Assembly: GCA_973895155.1 (NCBI GenBank)
Contig: OZ316891.1
Location: forward strand, 15,779,037-15,843,036
DNA: 64,000 nucleotides
Source of the DNA: Marsupella aquatica
Lineage: Eukaryota > Plantae > Marchantiophyta
Reading direction: 5' to 3'
Every line of letters starts with the position of its first letter. Positions within the stretch are counted from its first letter, which is position 1. The notes under the pieces are model-generated. The model searched no databases, was not told the origin of the DNA, and worked only from the letters and a program-made list of their open reading frames with translations. Position numbers and translations under genes: made by a program. Of the stretch, positions 1 to 11,433 are shown in pieces.

Positions 1-336
1 TACTAACTACTTAGTGTTGTTATGCTAATAACTACGGCCTACGGTGCCCCTAATGGGCGTGCTAAGCACGGCTAGGCCGAATCAATCATTAACCGCCGTG
101 CTGGCGGCGTCACAAAGCTCAGACTGAAGCTACAGCCAAGATTGAGTGGTATTGGGTTGAGGCAACCAAGCTCTTAGATAAAGCCTCAAGCCAGACACCA
201 AGATGCAACTTCTTTGGCCTCAACTTGCGACCGCCCTGACCCAGGTCACTGACGCTGAAGCCAAGTTAGCCTTGGCCGTACAAGCGGAGTCAGAAAGGAC
301 GCCAAAATCTCACGGCTTCGGGCTCAGATTGATAGC

Positions 337-573
337 TTGAAGGGGCAAGCTGTCATATGGCAGAAGGACATGGAAGAGGCCAACGCTTGGGTACAAAGGG
401 ATGCAGCAAAGGTGGACACCCTCAAAGTGGAAGTGGCACGGCTTCTACAGGAAGCCACGAAGCAAGACCAACTAGTGGCGCAGCTGGCGAGCAACGGCCA
501 GCAGTTGGAAGAGGTGTGCCAAGAGGCCGCAGAGGAGATGGACGTGGTGAGGCAAGAGAACGAGTCTCTCTAG
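337..573 (+). other. Short coiled-coil ORF of unknown origin, likely a TE remnant
   Basis: Heptad-like E/Q/A/L-rich ORF in a CpG-rich segment abutting the broken 3' end of the LINE; no recognisable domain. Confidence 0.2.
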
Positions 574-752
574 GACCAAGTCTAGATCCTCAAGCAGGAC
601 GCCGACCGGCTGAGAAGACAACGGGACGGCCGCTCCAAGTTCAGCTTGGGCGGGTCTGGCAAACATGCCAGACATTAGCGGCACAACAAGTTTAGCATAG
701 TGTAGGTTTTAGCTAGGAAGGTCAGACACTGAGGACAAGCGCTGAAACTAAT

Positions 753-2909
753 TAGTGCTAGATAAGTATTCTTGTTCTCGATATTTCTTCATGGGGTTCA
801 CATCTCTCATGTAGTATTGCTGCCGTGGGCTAGGTTCATGCCAGAGTTTGTGCAAAGCCTTTTGCTCAAGTTTTGCTCTTAGCTTGGTTGGGTGTGTTGG
901 CCATTCATGTTCAGGAAAATCCCAAGCATGGGCCCACCTGCACACATCTGCATACCACCCTTTAGCTGAAGATGAGCGCAAGGCATGAAAAGGAAATCTG
1001 TTTTCCTCCAACTCTCTTACACGCATGATGTATTTGAGTGTGTGGAAGAGTGCCTCCACCTCCAAAGGAAACAAGCCTGCCTCTGCAAGTGTAAGTGTAT
1101 ATGGGGTTTGTGACTTGATCCCAAGCTCCATCTCAAGAAATAGCTTTTGCAGCCCCTCAATCTGTTGCCACCCAGATTTAGACACACCTGCTCCCCAAAT
1201 TGGTGCTCCATAAAGAATGACTGGTTTCACCAAAGCTCCAAAGAGATGTTTCCTTAACCTCCAAGTGTGTAGACCAGCTCTTTTGCATTTGTTCATGAAT
1301 GCATAAAAAGCTCTGTACCCATTGGCAGCCCTAGATTTTACACATGAGGCCCAACTCAAGTTTTGAGAGAACTCCACCCCAAGGTATTTGTAGGTCCTCA
1401 CAAATTCCACCAGATTCCCTTGGAAGTAGAGCTCTGGATTTTGTCGTGTGCCAATGCCCAAACATGATTCAGCTCATGCACCAAGTTTGTTAGTAAAGAG
1501 GGTCCTCCCCACAAAAGAAGCTCCAAATTCAGGCCCAACAGATCTTTAGCTTTCCCATGTTGCATGTGGGAAAGATGCACCTTCACCTCCCTCTCTGTAA
1601 ATTGAATGGTGTCCCCAAGGGGCAAAGGCATGCCACTAGCATCTGGAAAGAAATACAAGGATGTGACATAGGTTACCAGGTCCTGGTGATCCAAGGGGGG
1701 AGTAGTCTTGCCTGATTGCATTCTCTCCCAAAAACGTTTTGGATGTTTGATGAACTCCTCACATAGTGATTGTTGATGACTCTTCAAGAAGCACCTCTTC
1801 TTGTGTTTGATGAAGTTCTTGTACATAGTGAATGCCAAAAGTCTCTTTTCCCCTGAATGTGATCTTGCTTGCATCCTTGCTCTAGCACAATCCTCGTCAA
1901 ACCAAGCCTTCATGTTTTGCTTTCTAGGGGGTTTGGTGGAGAAAGTAGAGGCTGCTGCTTGTGCTATGACTTCTGAGAGCTCAATCTGATCATCCAGGGT
2001 ATGGAGAAGATGTTCAAAGTTGGCTTTGAAGATGACTTCTCTATCAGGGTCTAGAAACAGAGGTTTGGGTACTGGCTTTCTATGCACTTTGTTTGGGATT
2101 GTGGTCAGGTCAAGATGGAACAACAAAGGCAAGTGTGAAGACTCTGGTTGTTGATCAAGTATTTGAAAGTCAACCACTCTAGTGGCAGAGGTAGGTGAGG
2201 CAAGAAGGTAATCAATGGTACTACATCCTTGTTTAGATCTAAAAGTGTAACCAGATGATTGGGGAAATCTCTCAAGCCCATTCAATATTCTTAGATTACA
2301 AGAAGCTCCCAAATGCAAAAAGTGACATGTCATGTCATTTGTTCTGGTGTCAAGAGCCTCTCTCACCCAAGGTATCTCTTCACTACATGATGACCAAGGT
2401 AAAGTTCCTAAGTCCTCACTTTCAGTAAATTGTTCATTAGATACCCTAGCATTAAAGTCCCCCACTATCCATGTCTCCCCTAGTGGTGATATATCATGAA
2501 TGACTTGGATTAACCTATGAAATGGATAATGTGCATCAGCAATTCCCATTTTATAGACATTCATATTAAGGGGAGCAAAGTAGGTGACAATCAGAAATGA
2601 TGGAGTACCTCTGGTATGAAGTCTCACCACCATGAACTGCTTGCTGGGATCTTCATGTTCAATAGAGGTGATGTGTTGAAGTTGATTCTTGGTGTAGACA
2701 GCAATGCCTCCAAACCCTCTTCCCCGTGTGGTCTTCTTCTCATTGAAGATGGATTGTATGCAAGTAAAGCCTTTAATGCTAGGTAGAGCATTTCCCTCAT
2801 ATTCCCAAGTCTCCGTGAAAAGCAAGATGTCAAAATTCTCAAACAAAGGTTCCCCTCCAATTGCTGTTTCTATGGAAAGTCCTGAAACATTCCATGCCAT
2901 GATTCTCAA
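753..2909 (-). pseudogene. LINE ORF2 (APE endonuclease plus broken RT)
   Basis: APE motifs WNVSGL, TETW, GDFNAR, IDY, SHLP; junction 1464/1465 removes the RT core (equivalent to 47057-47765) and shifts frame; YKYLG retained. Confidence 0.9.
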
Positions 2910-2921
2910 GGTCCCAATCCA

Positions 2922-3695
2922 TCATTTAGAAACAACTCTCTTCTTATTGGTAACAACAGCTTGTCCATTGCGCAAGTAGGCTACCAATCCTTGGTCTTTG
3001 GCTACCCTCACCTTCTCAAGCTCAATTTTCCTTGCTTGGACTTGTGTGGGAGTCAGATCATCATCCAACCAAATCCTTAGCCCTTTAAGCATGCTCCTGT
3101 TAGCCATCACTCTAGCTTTCTCGGATTCAGCTGCAAACTTCACCAAGATTGGACGTGGAAGGTCCCCCTTCTTTTGCCCAATCCTATATGCTTGCAAAAT
3201 GATAGGGTCATGCACTTTCATCTGAGATTGGAAGAATGAAATTGCTACCTTCTTGGTGTCTTCCTTCTCCTCCTCAACAAGGCCTGATATTTTGCAGTTG
3301 CTGACTCTTGCATGCTGGTTCTTGTGTTCTTCCTCTAGTGCTCTCCTCTCCTCCTCCTTGGCTTGGACAAATTCCATATGTGATTGTTTTGCAGCCTGTG
3401 CAAAGGTTTTGAGCTTCTCCTCAATCTCCCCTACAGCCTCATGTATCACTGATTTCTGTGGGCACATACTCTTCTCCATGTCTCCAAAACACGATGCAAG
3501 CAATGAGAGTTGCTTACCATTCTCCTGAGTTTGAGATCGAAGATCACTAATCAACCTCTTTTGCTTGACATTCTCATTCTTTAGCTCCATCACCTCCTTG
3601 CTGAGCGTGGTAATCTCAATTGCGGAGTTTTCAGCCACAACTAAGATTTTCTCAAGCAAAGCCTTGAGATGGGCAATCTCCTCCGTTGCCATCAC
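2922..3695 (-). CDS. LINE ORF1 protein (coiled coil plus RRM/CTD-like), 257 aa
   Basis: Coiled coil followed by RIG..PRPILVKF and IWLDDDLT motifs typical of LINE ORF1; identical protein at 49223-49996. Confidence 0.85.
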   Translation of the reverse strand: MMATEEIAHLKALLEKILVVAENSAIEITTLSKEVMELKNENVKQKRLISDLRSQTQENGKQLSLLASCFGDMEKSMCPQKSVIHEAVGEIEEKLKTFAQAAKQSHMEFVQAKEEERRALEEEHKNQHARVSNCKISGLVEEEKEDTKKVAISFFQSQMKVHDPIILQAYRIGQKKGDLPRPILVKFAAESEKARVMANRSMLKGLRIWLDDDLTPTQVQARKIELEKVRVAKDQGLVAYLRNGQAVVTNKKRVVSK

Positions 3696-3758
3696 AAAGC
3701 TGAAACTGTTGTTAGAATGTACTCTTAGACGACAAATAGAAATTGGGAGCAGTAGAGG

Positions 3759-4487
3759 ATGTCAGTTGCAGCTCTACCTTTGCCAGTGATACACTCTCAC
3801 TGTTTGCAACACTCTGGCAAAGTCTGAGCTCAAACCGCAGCCGATTGCCCTTCCAACTCGAAGTGAAATTTCGCCCCAAGCTTAGAATCCCAAAACTGGA
3901 CACGTAGCAGATCGTGCATGCTAAAGTGCATACCAAACGATGTTGGTTGCAGCTCTAACTTTGCCAGTGATACATTCTCGCTGTTTCCAATGCTCTGGCA
4001 AAGTCTGAGCTTAAACCGTAGCCAATTTCCCTTCCAACTCGAAGTAAAATTTCGCCCCAAGCTCAGAATTGTGAAATTGGAGACGTAACAGATCGTGCAT
4101 GCTAAAGTGCATATCAAACGATGTCGGTTGCAGCTCTAACTTTGCCAGTGATACATTCTTGCTGTTTCCAATGCTCTGGAAAAATCTGAGCTCAAACCGC
4201 AGCCGATTGCCTTTCCAACTCGAAGTGAAATTTCACCCCGAGCTCAGAATCGCGAAACTAGAGACGTAGCAGATCGCGCATGCTAAAGTGCATACCAAAC
4301 GATGTCGGTTGCAGCTCTAACTTTGCCAGTGATACATTCTCACTGTTTCCAATGCTCTGGCAAAGTCTGAGCTTAAACTGCAACCGATTGCCCTTCCAAC
4401 TCGAAGTGAAATTTCGCCCCAAGCTCAGAATCGCGAAACTGGAGACGTAGCAGATCGCGCATGCTAAAGTGCATACCAAACGATGTT
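3759..4487. repeat. Tandem array of 181-bp monomers in the LINE 5' UTR (4 units)
   Basis: Units start at 3759, 3940, 4121 and 4302; a fifth starts at 4483 and is cut off. Confidence 0.95.
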
Positions 4488-6254
4488 ATGCACATAGAGA
4501 AGAACATATGCGAGAGTCTACTCCAATTTTTGAGTGGAGAAAAGGACACGGGCTCTGTACGTATGGATCTACAGGACAAGGGAATTTGACCCCACCTTTG
4601 GCTTACAACACACCAGAGCAGGGCAAATGTGTTTTTGAAGTACCAAGCACCATATTGTTGCACAGACACAGAGTGGCAGACCTTTTTATCAAGGTTGAGT
4701 TCACTCCGAGCTCCTACAGATTATGCTAGTGCATTCAAGAGGCATGTGAAGGATAACAAATTCCAATTTGGTAGTATGAAAACCCATGACTACCATGTCA
4801 TGATGCAACAAGTCCTGCCATTGTGCTTGAGGGGCCTCATGCAAGAGTCTGTGTGTAAAGTTATACTGCGTTTGAGTGATGTGTTCCGCAGAGTTTGTGT
4901 GAAGGTGTGGGATGCTGCACAGTTTCCCCAGTTGAAGAAAGATGTGGCACTATTGTTGTGCGATCTTGAAATATATTTCCCGCCTGCATTCTTTGATGTA
5001 ATGACTCATCTGCTCATCCATGTTGTGGAAGAAATAGACCAGTACGGGCCGGTGACAGCACGCTGGTTGTACCCCCTGGAGCGGTACATGAAGTTTATGA
5101 AGGGTCATGTGCAATCTTACTATAGGCCAGAGGCAAGTATGGCTCGGGGTTATATAAAAGATGAAACTCTGGGCTACATCACAGAGTACCTAGCAGATTA
5201 CGAGCATGTGACAAGGCGAGTATGGAATTCTGATGAAGAAGAAGGGGTGTCTGGGGAAGTCCTACAAGGTGCTGCAACCACAGTGAAGCTGACCATCAAA
5301 ATTAGAGACTTGGCTCATCAATACGTTTTGGAAAACACTGATGCAATGCAACCCTGGCTTGAGTGAGGTACTTTGGTCTCCCTGTATGTAACTTGTTTTC
5401 AATTTTCTTTGCTGCCCTTGGTTTCTAAATTGCAGACATGTATAGAATGTGTACTCTGATTGCTAAATCCATGCACTTATATGTGTAGGGAGTACGAGGC
5501 ACAAAAGGCTATTCAATCAAGCACGTCTGCCACATTCCCATGCATGTCAGAATGGTTGAGATGCACAGTTCGAGAGCATCATGCAAGCCATCCTAATATG
5601 GATGCAGATGTCTATCTCTTGTCCAATCCTCCACGGTTGCTGGTAAAGTCTTACAAACGGATGGCAGCATATGGCAATCACTATAGAGTGAGAGATGAAA
5701 CAACTTCTTCCAGGGTAACATATGATTGTGGGCTCATTTGTGTATTTCAGCATGAGAGCCCTGATGAAAGTAGAGGAGTGTTGCAGATGGGGTATGTAGG
5801 AGAACTAAGTGATATCTGGCTTCTTGACTATGGAGCCACATCCACTCCTGTAATTGTGATGAAGGGTGAATGGGTAAGACAAGTGTGGCGTGGTAACAGG
5901 GCCAGTATGAAAAGAGACCGGGATGGCTTTCTGCTTGCCAATTTCAAGTCCAAGTTGCCCGAATGGGAGCAGCCTTTTGTGTATCCCAGTCAGGTGGAGC
6001 AAGCCTTCTTCTTGGATGTGGAAGAGAACCCAGGTTGGAGGGTAGTGTGTCATAAGAAGCCCGAAAATTGTAGGGTAGAAGGGTCAAAGCTAGAGTTTCA
6101 TTTGGATAGAGATAGTGCATTTGAACAACCACGTACTGGAGACGTTGGTACTGTTCAAACAAGCACAAAGTATGTTCCTCTAACACGGGTGGATGCTTGG
6201 GAGGGTGAGGAGCCATTTGTAGAGGCTGAGCCTGACACCATGCGTATGCAATAA
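4482..6254 (+). pseudogene. CACTA transposase (TnpD/Tnp2-type) C-terminal half
   Basis: DVMHIEKNICES, MKTHDYH, FPPAFFDVMTHLLIH, WLYPLERYMK, EQPFVYPSQVEQAFF; intron 5363-5488; one premature TGA near 4587; N-terminus missing. Confidence 0.9.
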
Positions 6255-6509
6255 TGTTTGTCATTGAATAGGATCATGGAAGAAGATGATGATGAGATGA
6301 GTGAGTCTGAAAAGCAAGCCATGATACGTGCAGCATATGTTGATGAGAGGCTGGCAGCTTTGGGAGCTGAGCTCAGACAGGGATTTTCCGCTTTGTAAGG
6401 GAACAATTATCATCCACAGAACCTATCCAAACTTTGCTCATTAATTGGAATGAATGTAGCTATGTTTACTAGAGTTGCTCAATGGATGTTGCTTTTGGAT
6501 GGCATGCAG

Positions 6510-9500
6510 GCTCCCAGACAGGAGAAGTGTAGTGCAGAAAAGGGCTAGGCAAAGCATCAGTGACAGTGCAAGTGGACCTCGGCGACGCAATGAGAGACTA
6601 GCAGTGAAGGACATTTCATCGATGGCAGATTCTGCAGATGATGGGCAAGATGTTGGGTCCGGTGAAAACCATAAGGAATTTGATGATGTAGAGTACTATC
6701 CAGAGGAGGAGCCCGATGCAGATGATGGGCAAGATGTTGGGTCCGGTGAAAACCATAAAGAATTTGATGATGTAGAGTACTATCCAGAGGAGGAGCCCGA
6801 TGCAGATGATGAAGAATATGGGCAGGGCAAGCATACTGTCGTGGAGCCCAGCAAAATTGTGGTAATGAAGTGTTGAAGTAGTGTATCACAGTAGTGATAT
6901 GTTTGGCTCATGTGAGTGTTGCAAGTCAGAGGAAGATACTTCTTTTAAGTTTATTGTCCTTGCACACATGTTCTTGCAGGCTAAGAGAGGTGGACTTGCT
7001 GCTCGGGGTATGGGCCGTGGGCACAGTACAACAACATATGGAGGGCAAAGCATAGTGCATTACATTGCACGTGGGTCCGGACCAGTGGGGCGTGCTGGGC
7101 ACATACCACCTCCACCTCCAGGTAAAACCCAACAGAGCAGTGGGTATGGAACAACAACTGTTGGTGTAGGTGGTCACACTGTTGTGTATGGAGCTGCACC
7201 ACATGGTGGGCACATCCCACCCTCCTTTGCAAGTAGAGCAACAACACATACCCACAGCACAGGTGCAGGTCAGGTTAGAGCAACCCCACGCAGCGAGGGG
7301 TACACTGTGGTGTATGGAGCACCACCAACATACAGTGCACCCTCTCAGGGGAGAGCAGCCCCACAAGTGGATGGGTATGGACCACCACCACCTGCTGGCC
7401 ACACTGTTGTGTACGTTACGGGTCCACCACCACCACACATTACACGGGGCCAAGGTAGACCAACACAACATACTGAGCAGTATGGAGCCACAGGAGACGA
7501 TTGGAGATGTGAGTAGGGATTGCCCTTCAATTCTGGCATTTATGTAATTACTTTGGAAATATATAAAGGGTATGCTAGTGTGATGTTAAAGACCTAATTA
7601 AAGTTCTTAATTATGTGACTACAGATTCTGTCCATCCTGATTGGGGAGTAACTGACAAGGAGGTTTACTATGAACCTGAAGTAGAGGCAGGACAAGGGAC
7701 AACTGTAGCCTATGGTTCTGAGCAATGGCCAGAGCCTGATTGGTTGGCTGGTGGGGAAGATGTACAGGTAGTTGAGCCTGCCTCTTATCCACAGAGTGTC
7801 GGCAAAGCATCTGGTAAGTTACACTTATGAAACAATAAACAATACTTGGCTGGGAGATGGGCATTCTATGAAGATGGTCAGGTTGCAAGTTAGATTGCAA
7901 TTGGTATCCACTATTTGACATATACAAAGGTATTGATGTTACTATTGTATGATGTCACATGGATCTGGGATGATGCAGGGGGCATTAGAAGTCCACTAAA
8001 GGGTAGTGCAAAAGTTCCAGCGAATCCTAAACCTGTCACACCAAGCAGTACCACAGAAGCAATGCAGGACCTGACAGAACCAAGAAAGGAGCAATGGACA
8101 TTGGGAGCAACCGTTGGGTGAACAGTGCATCTGCAGGGAAGAATCGTTGGTTGGTTGACTTGAAAGGTGAAATATTGCGATGGCTGGATTTGAGTGTGGT
8201 GAATTTTGCGCAGCAGCATCCAGCGGATTGGCAACAAGTTGTTGACAATGTAGCCGCAAAATGGAAATATGTGGGCCATCCGGATGGAGTAGCCATGGAG
8301 TGTCTTCAAGCTCATGCAAAGACAATTCTGAAGAATGAGAGGTGGAGATTGTATGTGTTGTTTCAAGAAGGTGGAGAGGACCAAAGAATGCCTACTCCCC
8401 CATTGACAGATCCTCTTCAATGGAGCAAGCTAGTCCATCACTTCTTGAGTGAATCCGGCAAGAGTAAGAGTTCCCAGATGGCATATGCACGTGGCAACGT
8501 TCAGAACCTTAACTTGACAGGAAGGAAAGGGAATGCTCCAATAGTAGAGCAATTGGTAAGAATAATTGTTGGATTGGCAGACCTAGCTTCTACAGTGTAT
8601 TTGAGTTTTTTTTGTGTCCAAGCAAATAATGTGTGAAAATATGATGTATGCAGAAGGCACAAAATGGACAGTCCCCTACAAAAGAAGAGGTGAGAGCTGA
8701 AGCAAGAAAACAGAAGCAGAAATCTGGCCAGAGTGATCCTTCAAACCAAGTGAGTACTCATACCAGATAGTGTTCTTTGAGGTCCACATTCCCTAGTTTG
8801 CATGAACAATGGGACCATATATTATTTACCAGGTGTAATGGATTGACTCTGTTGGACATATGTGTTTGCAGGGAGGGTTTATCATGTTCTCTTAGCAATT
8901 TATCAGATCGTGTGAAATGTATGGAGTCTCATGAGAATGATGTGACCGTGAAATTGAGTGAAATGGCAAGTGAGTTGACTACTTTAAAGGAAGATGTTCA
9001 GAAGCTTATTCGTGTGCAAGAAGACCAATACAAATGTATAATGAATGCAATATGGAATGGAGGTTCTAGAGACCTGCCACATTACTCCAATTTGATGAAT
9101 CCAGAGGGTAACATTGAACAGCAAATGGAGGTGGAGCCCATAGAAAGGGATGTGGAGGGTACCATGGCCCCAACAATGGAAGGTAAGGTTTCTCATATGT
9201 TTCCATGATTGGAGATGAGGCAAAAAATGTGTTTTGTTATATGTTTCCATGATTGGAGATAAAGCAAAAATGCTGATAGGCTGGTGACTTGCTATTTTGT
9301 TATTGCAGAGGTTACCAATGTACTGAATACCCCCAGTTTGGATTCATATGAAGAGTTCATAGAAGTTGCCAAAGCCGGTGAGAATGGATGCGAAACGGAG
9401 GGCCAGGTGGAGACCCAAATTCCATCACAGGCAGGTGACATACAGGTGTGACCACAGACGGTGGAGTAGAAGTAGAGCTTTCAGCTGCTGGGAGACCTAT

Positions 9501-9864
9501 TCGGAAGGTGAAGAGTCGGGCCAGGGCCAGGGCAAGTGGTAGAGTGGCAGCGGCAAAGAAGCGTAAAGCTGATGCAGAATTGAAAACTCAGGCACATCCT
9601 GAGTATGTATTGTTCTCACCACAGCAAAATGAGTTGTGTGTAGGGTATGGAAAATTGCGCCCTGAGCAGATTACATTCCATTGCAAAGAAGTACCAACAG
9701 GGTATTCTGTAGTGTTGTTGACAAAGCTTGTGAAGCCAAAGACCCCTTTACCAGTTCCTAATTTGAACGATGACCCGCCACAGACAATTATTGCAGATGC
9801 TCTGAACTCTTTGGTGTTGTGGCCAACAGATTACATAGGGACACCTGAAATGTGTGGTTTGTAG
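6510..9864 (+). CDS. CACTA second gene (TnpA/Ptta-like), multi-exon, exon limits approximate
   Basis: Exon near 8100-8555 with W..LV.HF.S..KS.QMA.AR..N..TGRKG; terminal exon with LPVPN.NDDPPQ..IADA..S.VLWP; homologous to 33590-35900. Confidence 0.65.
6633..6800 (+). repeat. In-frame 84-bp tandem duplication (28 aa, acidic)
   Basis: ADDGQDVGSGENHKEFDDVEYYPEEEPD occurs twice with a single nucleotide difference. Confidence 0.9.
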
Positions 9865-10760
9865 TTTTAGCCTAAACTTAGAAACAACTGCATGATTGGT
9901 GCCAAATGTTACCTAGATATTTCATAATGCAGAGTTGAATTGAGATTCACTGGATCATTCACTGGATCATCCACTATTTGTATGAAATTATGCATGTATG
10001 TTCAATAGTTAATATGAGTTCTAAGATTCGAATAGAACTATGTTGTCTCTCACGTTTTCATGTAAGACTTGTGTACTTGTATGCTTGAGTGCTTGAATGT
10101 ATGCTTGTATGCTTGAGTTGACTATTAGTCATGTTTCTAGTGCTATGTGCAGGCTACAATTGCCTTAGGTCGAGTCAAAATTTTGACCAAAAGGGTCAAA
10201 GAATGCAGTCGTGAACTAGACTAATGAGTCATTTTGGGTCATTAAGATATGACCGTGATATATTACATCGTGGTCCCCAATAAGACCAACCAGTCTAGCC
10301 CAATCTTAAGATTTTTAAGAATGATTAGTCATCTGTAGTCATCATCTGTCACTAATGTGCCCATACACTCTAAACTTTTAAGACCAACTAGTCATAATCA
10401 GTCGCCTGTGTTCCGTTATTGAACCATAGCACCAGTCATTGAACCATAGCACCAGTCATATATGCGAAAGGAAACTCTTCCTCACTGACTGTTTGTGACT
10501 AATTCATACCTCATTTTGAGTCATACAAATGACTACTTTGCAGTCATTTGTAAGACTACAACTTCTCCAAATCCCAAAATGCCCAAGTACGGATTTGGTC
10601 GTTATTAGTCACAAAATGTGCCTTAAACCCTAGTCACATAGCTGACCACTCGATTTCAGTCACTTTAAATAAGGCGCTATGTCAAAATTACGACTGGCTT
10701 GATACCCCCCAAACTTTAGTCACAAGGAGTCATGGGCAGTCGTAAAACTTAGCCATAAAA

Positions 10761-10780
10761 CACCCCGGTTTCTTCTAGTG
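10761..10780 (-). repeat. Right TIR of CACTA element 1
   Basis: Reverse complement CACTAGAAGAAACCGGGGTG; 18 of 19 nt match the left TIR at 44575. Confidence 0.9.
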
Positions 10781-11433
10781 ATCTTAGGTTTGTTCTGTGT
10801 CCATCCAGTTTGTGTTTGTCCATCGGGGCTTTTTCTCAAATGTTTGTGTCTATCCAGGCTTTAAGTTCAGCAAAATGGCAAGGGAGAAGAAAGAATGACT
10901 GGAATGTGAAAGGGGGAGAAGTAATGGACACTTCACCCATTTGATATAGCTAGTGGTTAGTCTTGTTTTAAGGTGCTATACTAATGCAATTTGGTGGTGC
11001 CTCTTGCCCGTTTTTGTAGCCTCTGAGCAAACTGAGCAACTGTTTTGTAGAAAACTTCCCGGTCAGGATAAACTTTTCAGGTTGGAATCCCGTATCTTTC
11101 AAGTGAGACCTGGCCATCAAGGAGACTTTCCTGTCAGGCCCGCGTCTAGTTACAGAACAGCACCCTTGCACGTTTGCTAGCAGACGGTGGGACACTGAGA
11201 ATCGATTTGCTGCAGGAGGTACCACAATGTTTGACAAACCCTGCCGCCAGCCTTCTGAGTGGCATTGAGTCAGGTAGAGGTTTGCTTGGTGGGTCAAACG
11301 TTGGAGGACCTTTCCTCCGAGAATTTGGTGTGTGACAGAGCGAGGTTATTTGGTTAGGTTGCTGATGGCCTGAGGCACGAGAAAGTAGAAGAATGTGAGC
11401 GTTGAGGTTTGAAAGATAAGAGAACGTTGGGGA

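Larger units (their letters stand above)
753..4487 (-). mobile_element. RTE-X-like non-LTR retrotransposon, copy 1 (3'-truncated, 709-bp internal deletion)
   Basis: Near-identical to 46039-50917; ORF1, APE endonuclease, part of RT and 181-bp 5' monomers; lacks the 3' end and tail. Confidence 0.92.
4482..10780 (+). mobile_element. CACTA/EnSpm element 1, left part lost
   Basis: Transposase C-half, TnpA-like second gene, AGTCA/TGACT subterminal repeats at about 10120-10750, right end ...CACCCCGGTTTCTTCTAGTG. Confidence 0.92.

Noticed and set aside
3759-4487. Regular repeats as a possible CRISPR array
   Set aside because: Contiguous 181-bp monomers with no unique spacers and no cas genes, in a eukaryotic context
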